In this document: in pieces, positions 62,942-64,000 of the stretch | Position numbering within the stretch: position 1 is the stretch's first letter | Layout: each line of letters opens with the position of its first letter | Assembly: GCA_963706595.1 (NCBI GenBank) | Contig: OY970166.1 | Coordinates: forward strand, 5,088,001 to 5,152,000 | DNA length: 64,000 nt | DNA from: an uncultured cyanobacterium | GTDB taxonomy: Bacteria > Cyanobacteriota > Cyanobacteriia > Cyanobacteriales > Nostocaceae | Direction of reading: 5' to 3' | Position numbers and translations under genes: made by a program | Notes under the pieces: generated by a model | Databases searched by the model: none | The model's input: only the letters and a program-made list of their open reading frames with translations | Told to the model about the DNA's origin: nothing

Positions 62942-64000
62942 TTAGGGAACTATACCTTTAATTGTATATGCTGCCCAGTAGTAAGGATGACTGTAAAGTT
63001 TCTTATTGGGAACCATTTTACTACTTCTATATAAATATGTTGCTAAATAAGCTTTAAGTTTTAATTCATCAGGATCTAAATTATTTAGGAGGTTTTCATA
63101 CCATTTTGTGAGTTCAAGGGCTGTTAGTTCTTTTAGCCATAATGTGGCTTCAGCTAAGGCTGTAACTGGTGATTTATTTGATTGTAGTCTTCTATAAAAC
63201 TCAATCATGACTAAAGCGTTAGCAGATGATTCTACAGTCCATAGGGTACTTACTATATGGGGTACTCCTCTACAGATAAAACCAATGGCTAAATCCATAT
63301 ATTCGGTGTTAATGTGCTGATTTTTAGTTCTCGCTGTTTCACAAGCGGAAAAAGTTACTAATTTGTAACTACTGAGGTTTCTTTGGGAAATTTCTTCTAA
63401 GGTTATTTGCTCTTCATCTACTAATGTCAAGGCAGATTTTTTCGGCTCACTGTAGTTGTTGATTACGCGCCCGGCAAAATGAAAAATATTATTATGATCA
63501 AATAAGGCATTTGCTACTTCATTTTTGGTAGCATTAGCTCCCTGGATGCGTTGGGGATGATTGAACATTTTGCTAATAATTTCAGATTCTAATTTAGCAA
63601 ATTTTAGTGGGGAAGAATTTGTGCTGTTGGGGTACTCGACACTAAGCAGTGTTTGATGTGGTAATTGCCATAGACTTTCTGCTTTGACAGACAAACCTTT
63701 TTGGACACTGGGCAAATAGCTAATGCTGAAATTACTTGTTAGTTCTGACTGAGACGGCGAAGAAGGATTAAAAAGAGTATGGAGAGGCAATCGATGTAAG
63801 TCGCGGTGGGGAATTAAAATTAGTTGGGTGATGTCTTCGAGTTCTTGTGTAATTGTGGAAATTTGCAGAATATTTTGCAGTTGCAACAGCTTTTCTGCCA
63901 TATCCACTCGCCAAACATGATTAATTTTACTATGTTGGTCTTGGGCTTGACTGAGATATTCTTGGTATTCCTGATGCCAATCTTCCAGCCAATCTTCAAA
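62942..64000 (-). CDS. CHAT (caspase/HetF-like) domain protein, 5' end outside window
   Basis: LILIPHRDLHRLPLH, FSACET, STLWTV, PYYWAAY; frame open to window end. Confidence 0.9.
   Translation of the reverse strand, partial: FEDWLEDWHQEYQEYLSQAQDQHSKINHVWRVDMAEKLLQLQNILQISTITQELEDITQLILIPHRDLHRLPLHTLFNPSSPSQSELTSNFSISYLPSVQKGLSVKAESLWQLPHQTLLSVEYPNSTNSSPLKFAKLESEIISKMFNHPQRIQGANATKNEVANALFDHNNIFHFAGRVINNYSEPKKSALTLVDEEQITLEEISQRNLSSYKLVTFSACETARTKNQHINTEYMDLAIGFICRGVPHIVSTLWTVESSANALVMIEFYRRLQSNKSPVTALAEATLWLKELTALELTKWYENLLNNLDPDELKLKAYLATYLYRSSKMVPNKKLYSHPYYWAAYTIKGIVP

Overview
DNA from a heterocyst-forming (Nostocales-type) cyanobacterium, judged by abundant HIP1 GCGATCGC sites, STRR heptamer repeats and cyanobacteria-specific genes. 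Nt 1 to ~17,170 are the right part of an AT-rich, extremely CpG-poor prophage. It has a minus-strand virion operon in T7/podovirus-like order (portal, scaffold, decoration, major capsid, four unknown structural genes, tail fibre, holin-like, HGG-motif terminase-small-subunit-like), a repeat-rich control region, RHH and Rha/ANT regulators, a compact exonuclease-less family-A-polymerase-like gene (TV-Pol/primase-polymerase-like) and a tyrosine integrase. The prophage junction falls just after the anticodon arm of tRNA-Ala(GGC). Only the 5' half of that tRNA is left here, and its promoter points into the integrase. The rest is host chromosome: hisF, ruvB, two P450s, PSRP-3, dnaK-dnaJ, thiE/thiS, ftn6-like, gatB, infC, rbp, clpS, moaE, panE and a CHAT protein. 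It also carries several MITEs, an IS605-derived protein-less element retaining an omegaRNA-like right end, a TnpB remnant, a decayed TIR-GUN4 gene and a small defence-like islet (PARIS-like ABC ATPase + TOPRIM pair, YefM-YoeB). Four genes carry a net +1 frameshift and panE has a point stop, which suggests assembly errors. All family assignments come from motifs read by eye, not from database searches.
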